Assembly: GCA_030390025.1 (NCBI GenBank)
Contig: JASTWF010000323.1
Span: forward strand, 496,001 to 547,757
Source of the DNA: Squalus acanthias
Taxonomy: Eukaryota
Direction: 5' to 3'
Length of the DNA stretch: 51,757 bases
Shown: piece by piece, positions 1-10,569 of the stretch
Position numbering within the stretch: the first letter of the stretch is position 1
Layout: each line of letters starts with the position of its first letter
The notes under the pieces: generated by a model
Seen by the model: only the letters and a program-made list of their open reading frames with translations
What the model was told of the DNA's origin: nothing
Databases searched by the model: none
Position numbers and translations under genes: made by a program

Positions 1-325
1 CTGTTAAAAAAGCACATGGGAGCCTTGGCTTTATTAATAGAGTTCAAAAGCAAAGAAGTTATGCTACAACTTTAAAAACACTGGTGAGGCCTCAGCTGGA
101 ATTTTCTCTTCAAATCTGGGCACCACGCTTTAGGAAGAAAGACACGGCCTTGGTGAGAGTGCAGAATAGATTTACTAGAATGGTACCAGGGGTGAGGGAC
201 TTCATTTATGTGAAGAGACTGGAGAAGCTGGGATTTTTCTCTTTAGAGCAGAGAATGCCAAGAAGAGATTTGATAGAAATGTTCAAAATTATGAACGATT
301 TTGATAGAGTTCATCAGGAGAAAAC
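1..325 (+). mobile_element. CR1-type LINE ORF2 C-terminal fragment
   Basis: Translation RPQLEFSLQIWAPRFRKKD...RLEKLGFFSLEQR..R.DLIE.FKIM matches the CR1 ORF2 C-terminal motif (RPQLEYCVQFWSP) seen in other copies in this window. Confidence 0.9.
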
Positions 326-362
326 TTTAAAAAAGCCACATTGAAGGTGATAAAACCGCGCC

Positions 363-434
363 AAACACGGACGGGGGCCGAACCCATGATCTTCGGTTTA
401 TGAGACCGACGCCTTACCACTTAGCCACCGCGCC
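363..434 (-). tRNA. tRNA-Thr(CGT)-derived gene/pseudogene now carrying anticodon CAT
   Basis: Reverse complement GGCGCGGTGGCTAAGTGGTAAGGCGTCGGTCTCATAAACCGAAGATCATGGGTTCGGCCCCCGTCCGTGTTT has the vertebrate Thr-CGT body; T-loop/B-box and acceptor stem are mutated. Confidence 0.85.
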
Positions 435-597
435 GTCAGTGTCGTCTACATTCCAGCTTCCTGGGTAGCGAACTCTGAATCGTTTCAATTAGGTTGAAAT
501 AGCACAGCCACAAATACAGAAAAATAAAGCGGGATAGTGGAGCAGGCAACTGATCCGCCTCATTTGCATGAATACTTTCATAAAACCTTTCACACAA

Positions 598-865
598 ACA
601 TAGAATCATAAAACACAGAAGGAGGGCATTTGGCCCATCGTGCTCATGAAAGCGCTATCCAATTATTCCCAGCTCTTTCCCCATACCCCTGCAAACATTT
701 CCTCTTCAAGTATTTATCCAATTCCCTTTTCAAAGTTACTATTGAATCTGCTTCGACCGCCCTTTCAGGCACAGCATTACAGATCATAACAACTCGCAAC
801 GTAAAAAAAAATCTCCTCATCTTCCCTCTGGTTCTTTTGCCAATTATCTTCAATGTGTTTCCTCT
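598..865 (-). mobile_element. CR1 LINE 3' end
   Basis: CATAGAATCATA tail; minus-strand FFTLRVVMICNAVPERAVEADSIVTLKRELDKYL is the CR1 ORF2 end motif. Confidence 0.85.
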
Positions 866-869
866 TTTT

Positions 870-1087
870 TACTCTGGATGTTGCCAGGACTGGAGAATGT
901 TAGTTATGAGGTAAGATTGGATAAGCTGGGGTTGTTCTCTTTGGATCAGAGGATGCTGATGGGAGACTTAATTGAGTTGTAAAAATTATGAGGGGCCGAG
1001 AAAGAGTAGATAGGAAGGACCTATTTCCCTTAGCAGAGGGGTCAATAACCAGGGGGCATAGATTTAAAGTAGTTGGTAGAAGGATGA
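870..1087 (+). mobile_element. CR1 LINE fragment
   Basis: Encodes RVDRKDLFPLAEGSITRGHRFKV, a CR1 C-terminal motif. Confidence 0.85.
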
Positions 1088-1095
1088 TCTGTGGC

Positions 1096-1167
1096 GCCGT
1101 GATCTTACAGTTGTTAATACTCTGTGTTGTGTTTGCAGCAACCTCGGTTGGAATCCGAGTCACGGCA
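1096..1167 (+). pseudogene. tRNA-His(GTG) pseudogene
   Basis: GCCGTGATCTTACAGTTGTTAATACTCTGTGTTGTGTTTGCAGCAACCTCGGTTGGAATCCGAGTCACGGCA is colinear with vertebrate tRNA-His; A- and B-boxes are mutated. Confidence 0.85.
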
Positions 1168-1454
1168 CAACTTGCTTTGCATCTTCTGTCTCTTGCAGCA
1201 CCTGCTAATAAAACACAGAGTACCATCATTATTTATTAAAAGAAAAAATCTGTCTTGTTGGTGGTGAAAACCTATTTATTCCTTCAAAACCCCACGCTCT
1301 CACATACCTGCGCCTTATTCTCCATAATTCACACTCGCCTCTTACAGTTTTTCTTCCTTCCACAAGCAATAGCCCTTCTTCACTTTCCTCCTTTCATTTC
1401 ATTGTCACTTTCCCACGGTTTTCCCTTAATCTGATATTCACTTTTACCTACTTA

Positions 1455-1926
1455 GTGTCAGCTGTGGCTCAGTGGGTAGCACACTCGCCTCTGAGGCAGA
1501 AGGCCTTGGGTTCAGATTCTCCTGCAGGGACTAGAGCAGTGAAATCCAGGCTGTCCCTCCAGTGATGTACTGAGCGAGTGCCGGACTGTCGGTGGTGCCG
1601 TCTTTTGGATGTGACGTTAAATCGAGGCCCTGTCTGCTCTCTCAGGTTGACGTAAAAGATCCCATGGCAGTATTTCGAAGTAAGAGCAGGGGAGTATCCC
1701 CGGTGTCCTGGCAAATATTTATCCCTCAATCAACATAACAGAAACAGATTATCTGGTCATTATCACATTGCTGTTTGTGGGAGCTTGCTGTGCACAAATT
1801 GGCTGCCGCGTTTCCCACATTACAACAGTGACTACTTTTAAAATACATCTTCATCGGCTGTAAAGCGCTTTGAGACGTCCGGAAGTCGTGAAAGGTGCTA
1901 TATAAATGTAAGTATTTCTTTATTTT
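1455..1926 (+). mobile_element. Near full-length Deu-domain SINE (SacSINE1/AmnSINE1-like)
   Basis: tRNA-like head (TGGCTCAGTGG...GGTTCAGATTC), Deu core GGTGCCGTCTTTTGGATGTGACGTTAAA...AAAGATCCCATGGCA, L2-like tail AAAGCGCTTTGAG...TGCTATATAAATGTAAG. Confidence 0.85.
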
Positions 1927-2486
1927 ACGCCGTTAAGTTCTCTCTGCTACCAACGCTGTTCCTGGGGGTACATGTCCCATTCGCACGAATGCACATTAGT
2001 GCCTTGAAACCAGTCGATACGTTTAGATCTGCCGGACCGCTCGACAGACAAGCCCTGCAAAAGCAGGGCCAGACTTCGGAAGGACAGCGGCCCGATAGTT
2101 GACGAAATTTTCTTGGGGAATCTTGTGTTTGAGGGCCTGTTAACTGAAGAATTGGGCTTTTTTTCTATGCTGTTTGGCAATTTTCCCAAAAGAGTCGAAA
2201 TGCGTGAGCGACGGATTGCGCTACCTAGCTGGGAATGAGCATTTAAATGTGAAATATTGGCTCGCTTGTGCGGTGCTTTAAGATCGAAAGCGTTCCGCCT
2301 TAATCTTAACAGGTCTGTTGAAGTGTGCGACTGAAACACATAAAGGATAAAATAAAAGAGCGCTAGTGGGTGAAAGCATCAATTCCAGGAGGTTGGCCAT
2401 AATTGAAACGACTTTGAATGCCCGTGTCGCGGGACGCTGTGTTCTTTATGAAGAGCGGGAGCAGAATAAAGTTTAACAGGAATAAA

Positions 2487-3183
2487 GGCCCAGATATTCC
2501 GATCGCAGGCCTCCCGCGGGCAGAGGGCTGCGATCTGGAAAAATCTGCGCCCTAACCTGAGGGTTCCCGGGAGGGGCACAATTCCACTGCTGACGCTCTC
2601 CAAACTGCCGGTGCGCAGTGCCCAGGTATCCCAGAGGCGCAGGTAGTTCGCAGCGCCCCCTGGGATCACTTGGGCCATGGGGAGCCAATCAGAGAAGGGC
2701 TTCTTCCTGTCAAATATATGAATGGAGATCACCATCAAAACACAGTAAAACTTCAAATATATTTTTTTAAATCACATTGTTAAAATGATTTTAAATTACA
2801 ATAAATTAAGTATTTTAAACAAAACAAATATTTTTTGATAAAATAATTAAAGTTTTTAACGGGGCTAAAAATAAACGTACCTTTCTTTAAAGTATTTTTA
2901 AATGATAAATCGGTGGGAATTTTTTAAAAACTTTTTTCAACTCTTATCCTGGAAGAATTGTAAGTGTTTTCTGTGGGCGGAGGGTCTCCAAAAAAGCGGA
3001 ACTATCCGCCGGATGAGGCCCTTCTCCCCGGGCAGCCGCAGGATCTGTCAAGAGCTTTCTTGACAGATCGGAAATGCCGGTTTCCAGCGCATGCGCAGTG
3101 CATGCCTGAAACCGGCATTCCCGATGTCCCTACGGGTGAGTACACAGCGTGTACCCACCTGTAGGGATCGGAATTTCTGCACC
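2487..3183. mobile_element. Non-autonomous TIR element (MITE), PIF/Harbinger-like
   Basis: Terminal inverted repeats GGCCCAGATATTCCGATC ... GATCGGAATTTCTGCACC, AT-rich centre, subterminal palindrome; related copy at 26683-27257. Confidence 0.75.
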
Positions 3184-3669
3184 AATGTACAGACTTGGTG
3201 CCAATCGTAAAACTGCGCTTGTCTAAAATCGATAAAAAATTATGAAAATAAATTCATTTTCAATGGATAAAGTGAACCCTTTTTTCCAGCTTTTTTCGAT
3301 AATCTTTCAAGCGGTGTAAAGCCCGTGTAGATTGGAGTTCGCTCTCAGCTTTTTTCGCTGTTGTGAAAATTAAACAGGAGCTGGCGAGGGTTGCCCCGAA
3401 CAGCAGAGCTGGGCACTGACTCTATTTCTATTGCTGCAGGAGTTGTTCTGTTCCTCTAAAGAATCCCCTCACCATTGAAACGGCTGTTATAACTCACAGG
3501 CTTTAAATGGACAGTTTTATTATATGTTGGAGAGCTTTCAATCAAATAGATTTTAATAAATCTGCAAAAAGACGAGGTTAGGACTTGAACGGATAAGCTT
3601 TTGATCACTGAGTTAACATCAAAATCAGGCTCCTTGTCCAATAAGGCAGGAAACCGCGAACAAGGAAAG

Positions 3670-3915
3670 CAAGAAAGACTCGTATTTCCACAGCGCCTTT
3701 CATGGCTACCGGATGTTCCAAAGCGCTTTACAACCAATGAGGTACTTTTAAAGTGTAATCACTGTTGTAATGTCGGAACCGCGGCAGTCAATGCAAGAAG
3801 ATGAAGAAGAAAACTTGCATTTCTATAGCACATTTCACGACCAGCGGACGTCTCAAAGCGCTTTACAGCCAATGAAGTACTGTTGAAGTGGAGTCACTGT
3901 TGTAATTTGGGAAAC
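3670..3915 (-). mobile_element. Two tandem 3' tail fragments of the Deu-SINE
   Basis: AAAGCGCTTTACA.CCAATGA.GTAC...TCACTGTTGTAAT occurs twice and is the reverse complement of 1800-1920. Confidence 0.8.
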
Positions 3916-4475
3916 AGAAAGAAGAAAGGAAGGAAATATATGTCTCCAATCCGAGCTCTCTATTCGATCTTCATTCTATTAGAGTTGGGTGAAATATTAG
4001 TTTGAGAAAGTGGGAGAATTTTACACAACAGGGAGAGAAAAGATTGCCTAACTTGGGGACTGTAATATTTTCAGGCCAGGTGGATTAGTACTCTCTAAAC
4101 CTTAAACTCTCAGCCACCTCCATCTAATATTATTTTCCAAAGAGTGCAATCCAAAAATCACTTTTGTATCAATACTTAAGTTTCCAAACGGTAGAAACAA
4201 TGTTTAATAAATTCGCCTTCACTGCCTCTTCTTCCCGTGCTCCCAGATCGACAATGTGGAAAATGTGGAGCTGGCTTCTGGAAATAAACGGACTGTGACA
4301 TTTACCTCACATTTTCTGCACATCTGGACTGAAATCTAGCTTTTAAAAATGAACACGTGTGTTTTTGCGATATAATGGATTCAGGCTCTGCACTGATTTT
4401 CCAGCAATTATTAATTTGAAGAATTCTGCAATGTCTCCAGGCTGAGGAAATTGGTGAAGTTGGACTGAAGATTTA

Positions 4476-4540
4476 AGGCTCAGCCGGGATCAAGCGAAGA
4501 CATTTTATAAGCGAGAATCATATCCCTAGAGCAACGAGCC
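4476..4540 (-). pseudogene. tRNA-Pro pseudogene with disrupted centre
   Basis: Reverse complement GGCTCGTTGCTCTAGGGATATGATTCTCGCTT...ATCCCGGCTGAGCCT matches both ends of tRNA-Pro. Confidence 0.75.
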
Positions 4541-4719
4541 GCTAACAGTGAGCTTTTCAAAGCTTGGAATAATACAATCACAGAGCACTTAATGTGGAAA
4601 AAGAAAGGCATTGGGCCCATCAATGCCTGTGCCGGCTCTCTGAAAGAGCTGTGCAATTACTCCGCTTCCATGCTCTACCACACAGTCCTACCAATGTTTC
4701 CCATTCCAAGTATATCTCA

Positions 4720-5990
4720 GTAATATGAGCCGTGCCACGAGCTGAGTGCAGTAAGCTTGGGAGGAAAATGTGACTTTGGACTTGAGGCTCTGCAGGGTTT
4801 TTGTTTCAACTCTCCTCACTCTTTAGGGTAATCAAAGCTCAGATCAACCAAGGCTTTAAACTTTTCAAACAAATTGGATTTATTAATATTAAAATACAGA
4901 AAGCTTTGAACCTCCCCAGGCAAAACCGCGAATTTTAGATTCTAACGCCTTTAACCACTCGGCCGGCGCAGCTGTATAAGCGCAGCGTCCAGTTAAAATT
5001 CACAAACCGCTGACCCAGCACTGAGTGTTTAATCTCGGCAATGACCATTTCGCTGGTTTGGTGATATTCAATTTGCTGCAAATTCATAAAATTGAAAAGA
5101 GTCGCAGCGATCATTACAATAAACTAAACCCTCCAATATTTAAGAGGAATATTACACGTTGAGGACAGTATCCAATATTCTGCAGGATAATGAAAATAAA
5201 CAGCAGGAATATTGTGTTCTGCTCCCACATGACACAGATCAGACTCAGCCTCTGCTCCCTGCCTGCTGGCTGCTGAAGCCTTGTCTCCAGGTTATAAACT
5301 GATTCTAGTTTGGAGATAAATATTCAGGGTAGAGACTAAACACAGCGAGTGGGTTCAAATATATAAAGCAGTTATTTTAGACCAGTGACGGCGTTAAATC
5401 ACATATATTGCTCAAATGTAACAATGTGTGAATAAGACATTAAATGTGTTTAAATACAGTGGGGGGATTTAAAGCAGATTCGGGGCCAGTGGTTTCCAAG
5501 GTGATCTTACCTGTGACTCTCTTTCCTCTCTCTACCCTTCCTCCCACACGCTGCCGGTTTTTAAACCTTGTTTAAAATCTGCTGCTCTGGGCCAGTGCAT
5601 TCCACCGTCTCACACCCTTTCTACAAATACCGTCTCACTGCTTGACTTCTCTGTTTATTAGTTATGAATCACCTTGAGGTGCAATGGTGGCGTTTGTGAA
5701 GTCAGATTACAAGGCGGCCTATTGGAAACACAGTTGGGGTCACAGTTTCTTCTTGCACAGAATTGAACCTGAATCATTCAACGTGGAATATTGCATTTGC
5801 TGCATCACAACAAACATAATATTGTTATAAATGTTGGCTCATTAGTTCCGCAGTGTCAGAAGAAGAATTGTCTGATCTCCTCATTTATTACATGTAAGAC
5901 ACAAACACAGGTATTAATTTAGAATCAACCCACAGATTGTCGCAGATAATGCCATAGAGATACAGAGAGCATCGGGACATATGGCGGAAT
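4720..5990 (+). repeat. Segmental duplication copy of the tRNA-cluster spacer unit
   Basis: 5090-5990 is colinear with 15665-16560 (e.g. CTGCTGCTCTGGGCCAGTGCATTCCAC); 4720-4890 with 14755-14920. Confidence 0.9.
4905..4972 (-). pseudogene. Degenerate tRNA-Ser relic
   Basis: Reverse complement GCTGCGCCGGCCGAGTGGTTAAAGGCGTTAGA; same flanks as the Ser(TGA) copy at 15479-15560. Confidence 0.65.
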
Positions 5991-6345
5991 AGGAGCAGCA
6001 CAGTTAATGCCGAGAACAAATTAATCAGTAGCTCAAGCTGATGAACCTTGCACTGGTGAAAATCCTGGGTGGAGATTTAGAGGAAGCGACAGTGGGAAGG
6101 GCTGTACTGCGATTCTAACACTTCTCCAAGCACATTCCGGGGAAGTCATCGACAGTAAAAAGAGGATTGGAAAGGGAATGGAACTGCGGGCACACGTGAC
6201 AGGGCATTATTACTGGGAATGTAAAACTGCTGTCTCCAATACTCTGCTTATCTGAATCACTCAAAATGCAATGGACAATACATGACAAATCCATTGGATT
6301 TTACGTTTGATAACCAGTTGATTGGGTCTGTATTCCAGACAGCGT

Positions 6346-6408
6346 GACTCTTTAGTCTAGGGGTATGAATCTCGCTTTGGGGATTGTTGACTGAAATTTG
6401 CCAAAGGT
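6346..6408 (+). pseudogene. tRNA-Pro(TGG) 5' relic with possible intron-like insert
   Basis: GACTCTTTAGTCTAGGGGTATGAATCTCGCTTTGGG, then 17 nt, then TGCCAAAGGT (expected TGCGAGAGGT). Confidence 0.65.
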
Positions 6409-6930
6409 TTGTTAACGGCGACTTCTGATATTGTACTTGCGCTCAAAACTTTTTCCAATCCGCGTAAAAAATAATCGGTCAGGACCCAAATCATTCTCCA
6501 TCAATCTCCAGCGGCTTTGGAGGAAGATAAATGCAAACTGCCATGTAAATATCATGGCTTTAAAGACAATCAATTAAAGTATTTTTTAGCAATCAATCAC
6601 CTGTGATGGTTGTAAGTATATTTGGATGTGTCCATGTTGGAGACAAATGTATTTGTGAGTTGCTTTTGTGTTAGACGTAAATGCTTATGCGTCTCTGTTC
6701 GGTATAAATATATTTAGATATATCTGTGTCAGTTATAACTGTATTTCTGAGCGCTGCCAAATGTCCAGTCCGGCCCCATTCTACCATCTTGTTGCGCCCT
6801 CGTGGGACTCGACAGAACATCTGTTACATTCGGATTCAACTTTTGCTTTTATTAATATTCAGAATGTGTGAAGTTTAGAAAGTAATAAGTATGCATCCAT
6901 CAGCCTCTCTGATAGCTCCTGATAGGCGCT

Positions 6931-7268
6931 GAGCGTCCCTTACCTTGTCTGCTCCATCCGGAGCGTCCCTTACCGTTTCTGGTACATCCGGAGCGTCCCT
7001 TATTCTGTCTGACACATCCGGAGCATCCCTTACCCTGTCTGATACATCCGGAGCGTCCCTTATCCTTTCTTATACATCGGGAACGTCTCTTACCCTGTCT
7101 GATAAAACCGGTGCGTCTCTTACCCTGTCTGATACACCCGGTGCGTCCCTTACCCTATCTGATACATCCGGAGTGTTCCTTAATCTGTTTATTACATTCG
7201 GAGCGTCTCTTACCCTGTGTGATATATCCGGAGCGTCCCTTACCCTGTCTGGTACACCCTGAGCGTCC
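6931..7268. repeat. 30-bp minisatellite, about 11 copies
   Basis: Unit GAGCGTCCCTTACCCTGTCTGATACATCCG at exact 30-bp period. Confidence 0.95.
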
Positions 7269-7894
7269 ATTGTCATTTTTGATAAACAGTTTGCCAAAAT
7301 TGCATATTTCACCACTCAGTCGCAGCGATGTAGTTCTTTCGGTCACTCAAGCTCCTCAACGGTTTAGGGAAAAGCGCCAACTACCAGCTAAACAAAACCC
7401 AGTTCTGCAGTTAGCGTCCCTATTTCCCTTGATTTCCCAAGAAAATTTCCTGCACAATCGGGCTGCTTTGCTTCCGAAGGCCAGACTTGCTTTCGCAGAG
7501 CTTATCTGTTGAGCGGTCCCGCGGGTCTAAATATATCGACTGGTTTCACAGCACCAATTCAGATTGGGGCGAATGGGACATGCGCCCCCGTAACAGCGGT
7601 GGGAGCAGAGCACACTTAACGGTGTAAGTAGGTGAAAGTGAATGTTAGATTAAGGTAATACCGCAGGAAAGTGAGAATGAAGTGGAAGGAGGAAAGTAAA
7701 GGAGGGCTACTGATTGTGGAAGGAAGAAAACGCTGGGTTTGCATTATGGAGCATCAAGCTCAGGCATGTGAGAGCGCGGGGTTTTGAAGGAGTAACTAGG
7801 TTTTCACCGCCAACAAATAATATTTGTTCCATGCATTAATAATTCATTTATCGCTGTGTTCTATTAGCAGGTGCCGTAGATATAAAGCGAGCTG

Positions 7895-7967
7895 TGCCGT
7901 GACTCGGATTCGAAACGAGGTTCCGTGCGGCCACAACGCAGAGTAGTGTCAACCATTCGATCACGAC
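7895..7967 (-). pseudogene. tRNA-His(GTG) pseudogene
   Basis: TGCCGTGACTCGGATTCGAAACGAGG...GCGGCCACAACGCAGAGTA...CGATCACG is the reverse complement of tRNA-His with indels in the D arm. Confidence 0.85.
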
Positions 7968-8074
7968 GTCTCACTTCAGCTGCTGTAGCTTTACTCTGGC
8001 TACAGCAAAGTCATGCATGCTGAGAAAAGATGGATTTTTGTTGAAGAGGCCAAAATCAGCACCGCCAGAAATTC

Positions 8075-8127
8075 TAGCAGCGGTGGAATTCGACCCAATC
8101 CCCACAGTGATTGGAGCGTTAATCCAG
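8075..8127 (-). pseudogene. 5'-truncated tRNA-Leu(AAG) relic
   Basis: Reverse complement CTGGATTAACGCTCCAATC...GGGTCGAATTCCACCGCTGCTA. Confidence 0.7.
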
Positions 8128-8224
8128 AATGGGAACTAGTACAGCCGCAGTTACATTGAAAAGGATTGTGGCACTTTCACACGAGAAGAAACTCACCCCT
8201 GGAGGGTCAGAAAGACAATAAAAA

Positions 8225-8300
8225 GGGCCGCGCTGGGAATCGAACGCAGGATCTGCTTGGTTTACAAGACAGGCGCTTTGACCAACTAAGCCACGGAGCC
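8225..8300 (-). tRNA. tRNA-Thr(TGT), probably pseudogene
   Basis: Reverse complement GGCTCCGTGGCTTAGTTGGTCAAAGCGCCTGTCTTGTAAACCAAGCAGATCCTGCGTTCGATTCCCAGCGCGGCCC followed by a T-run; anticodon stem has an insertion. Confidence 0.85.
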
Positions 8301-8792
8301 AAATCTCGCCTGTAGTCGGTCGCTTCCCCTCGCTGATATCTACCAGCTACCTGGTACTGCCTCTTGGCGTCTGAGGCCGTTTTGTATTGATCCATCTCTC
8401 TTGTCCATTCCGCCATGTGTCCCGATGCTGTCTGTATCTCTCTTTGTTTATCTCAGTGTCAATCTGCGAGTTGATTCTGAATGAATACCTATGTTTTTGT
8501 CTTACATGAAATACATAAGGGGATCAGACAATTCTTCCTCTGACACTGAGGAACTAATGAGCCAACAGTTATAACAATATATTGTTTATTGCGATGCAGC
8601 AAATACAATGTTTAGCGGACGAGTTTCTCGGAGAGATGTGTCTGATCCTCTCATTGATGCGTTTGTACAATGTTGTGGAAAAGATGGAGGTGTAAATAAT
8701 TTACAGGGGAATCATCCAAACTTATCTCTAAGTATCGCGTTTACCCACAAAGAAGCACAAACTCACGTATTCAAAAAAGCTGACGTGTAATC

Positions 8793-8838
8793 AGCTCTGT
8801 GGTGCTAATGGACTCTGGTTCGAGTCCCACTGGAGTCG
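8793..8838 (+). pseudogene. Internally deleted tRNA-Arg-like relic
   Basis: AGCTCTGTGGTGCTAATGGA joined to GGTTCGAGTCCCACTGGAGTCG resembles the two ends of tRNA-Arg(TCT). Confidence 0.55.
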
Positions 8839-9076
8839 CTGTTCAATCAGGTTTCGGTGATGAAGTATTGCAGCAAAACCACAACTCGTTCATTGATGTC
8901 CTTCAGGGACTGGGAATCCCCAAAGAGGTCGTTTGAATTGATGATTAATTAACATTGAAATATGTTGTTTACTCCGCGTGTGTTGTGTCAACAAACCCTG
9001 TGCATTCTGTCCGCTCGAGCTCAAACATTCTCTGGAGAAAAGACATTCCAACCTTCTGGAACGCTAAAGAGACATC

Positions 9077-9151
9077 ATTTGATCCTGGGGACCTCTCCCA
9101 TATCAATCAATGAAACCCCCAAGCGAGAATCAAACCCACAGCCGAACAGCC
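9077..9151 (-). pseudogene. tRNA-Pro relic with 16-nt insert after position 37
   Basis: Reverse complement ...TGATTCTCGCTTGGGG[GTTTCATTGATTGATA]TGGGAGAGGTCCCCAGGATCAAAT. Confidence 0.65.
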
Positions 9152-9931
9152 ATCCTTTCAGACCGCTTCTGACCGTCCAATCTCGCTTTCTTATACGATA
9201 TACAACAGCATCAAGTTATACACGAAATAGTTATATTCAACAATATTAGCCTCACTTCACCGGATTCGTTCTGAAAGCCCGAATTATATTTTTCTGAATT
9301 ACTTTCCTTGCAGTCTCATTCATTATTTCTTTTTTTAAGCGTTTCTGCTGGTGTTGCAGGTTAGATCAGCCTTGGTTCAAGAAACCCTGCGAACTCCATC
9401 ATGGGAAAATCACAGAGAGACAAGAGACAGGGAGAGACAGAAATTTGCATGCAAAGAAAATTAAGATTACATATGACAAGTTCTGCGAATGGGCAGATTT
9501 AAGAATAGAGCTTGGGAGACACACCCTCCCGTGTCCTGAGATCCACTAACTATTTCAAATCAACAATATTAGACTCTCTTTACAAAGCTCGTTTTGAATC
9601 TACGACTTGTATTATCGAGTAAGACTTTTTAGAATGAATTGCTCTACATTGCCGTCCGCCTCGGCATCCTTCTATTATATACACTCTACCAGAAGTGGAC
9701 AGTAACCACATTGCTGCTTTCAACGGGAGAGCGAACAGATCTGAGTTTGGAGACAATAGCCAGGAATTCATTAGCTGGGCAGCAACTTTACTTTCATAAC
9801 CGTCTCAGTCTTACTTTACCTTTCTGTGCTGGGGTTGCTCGAGATGACTGAACAGTCCATCAGCGGAAAAGAAGAGACAGAGAGAGATGCAAAATAAAGA
9901 GAGTACATGTCTAGTTCTGAAACTCTGCGTT

Positions 9932-10238
9932 TATTGAGAGAAATGCAGGAAGCTCCCTATCAGTCCCGGGCGGGTTATCATTGGCAGCTGCGGGCTGTGT
10001 GTATTGAGAGAAAAGCAGGAAGCTCCCTGTCAGTCCCGGGCGGGTTATGATTGACAGCTGCAGGCTGTGTGTATTGAGATAAATCCAGGAAGCTCCTTGT
10101 CAGTCCCGGGCAGGTTATGATTGACAGCTGCAAGCTGTGTGTATTGAGAGTAATGCAGGAAGCTCCCTGTCAGTCCCGGGCGGGTTGTGATTGACAGCTG
10201 CAGGCTGTGTATATTGACAGAAATGCAGGAAGCTCCTT
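9932..10238. repeat. 70-bp tandem repeat, about 4.4 copies
   Basis: AGCTCC(C/T)T recurs at 9951, 10021, 10091, 10161 and 10231. Confidence 0.95.
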
Positions 10239-10249
10239 ACACTTCAACT

Positions 10250-10562
10250 CAATTTTGCCGCCTTTGCTCCATGTCCCTTGATATGTTCACCAAACATAAA
10301 TTTTTCGTTCCATCTTGCAACCTCCAATTGACCCCCAACACCCACAAGCTTTTCGCGGAAGAGAGTTCCAGATGTTCATTCCCATTTGTGTGAAAAAGTG
10401 ATTCTTGATTTTGCTCCTGAAGGGCCGAGCTCTAATTTGACGATTTTGTTCCCTTGATCTTGATTCACCCACCAGAGGAAATACTTTTTCTGTATCTACC
10501 CTATCCAAACTCTTTAACATTTTACACAGCTCGGTTAGGTCACCCCTCAATCTTCTTCTAGA
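10250..10562 (-). mobile_element. CR1 LINE 3' fragment
   Basis: RRLRGDLTELCKMLKSLDRVDTEKVFPLVGESRSR...FFTQ...WNSLP. Confidence 0.85.
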
Positions 10563-10569
10563 CTCAGAA

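Larger units (their letters stand above)
7435..8610 (-). repeat. Inverted copy of the tRNA unit (Thr-Leu-His half)
   Basis: Reverse complement is colinear with about 16355-17510; the His downstream flank is also at 1096-2120. Confidence 0.85.

Noticed and set aside
1462..1525. tRNA gene at the SINE head
   Set aside because: It is the tRNA-derived promoter region of the Deu-SINE, not a cloverleaf gene.
6945..7512. Repetitive ORFs (SGASLTLSDT)n
   Set aside because: Translation of a 30-bp minisatellite with no ATG start or splice support.
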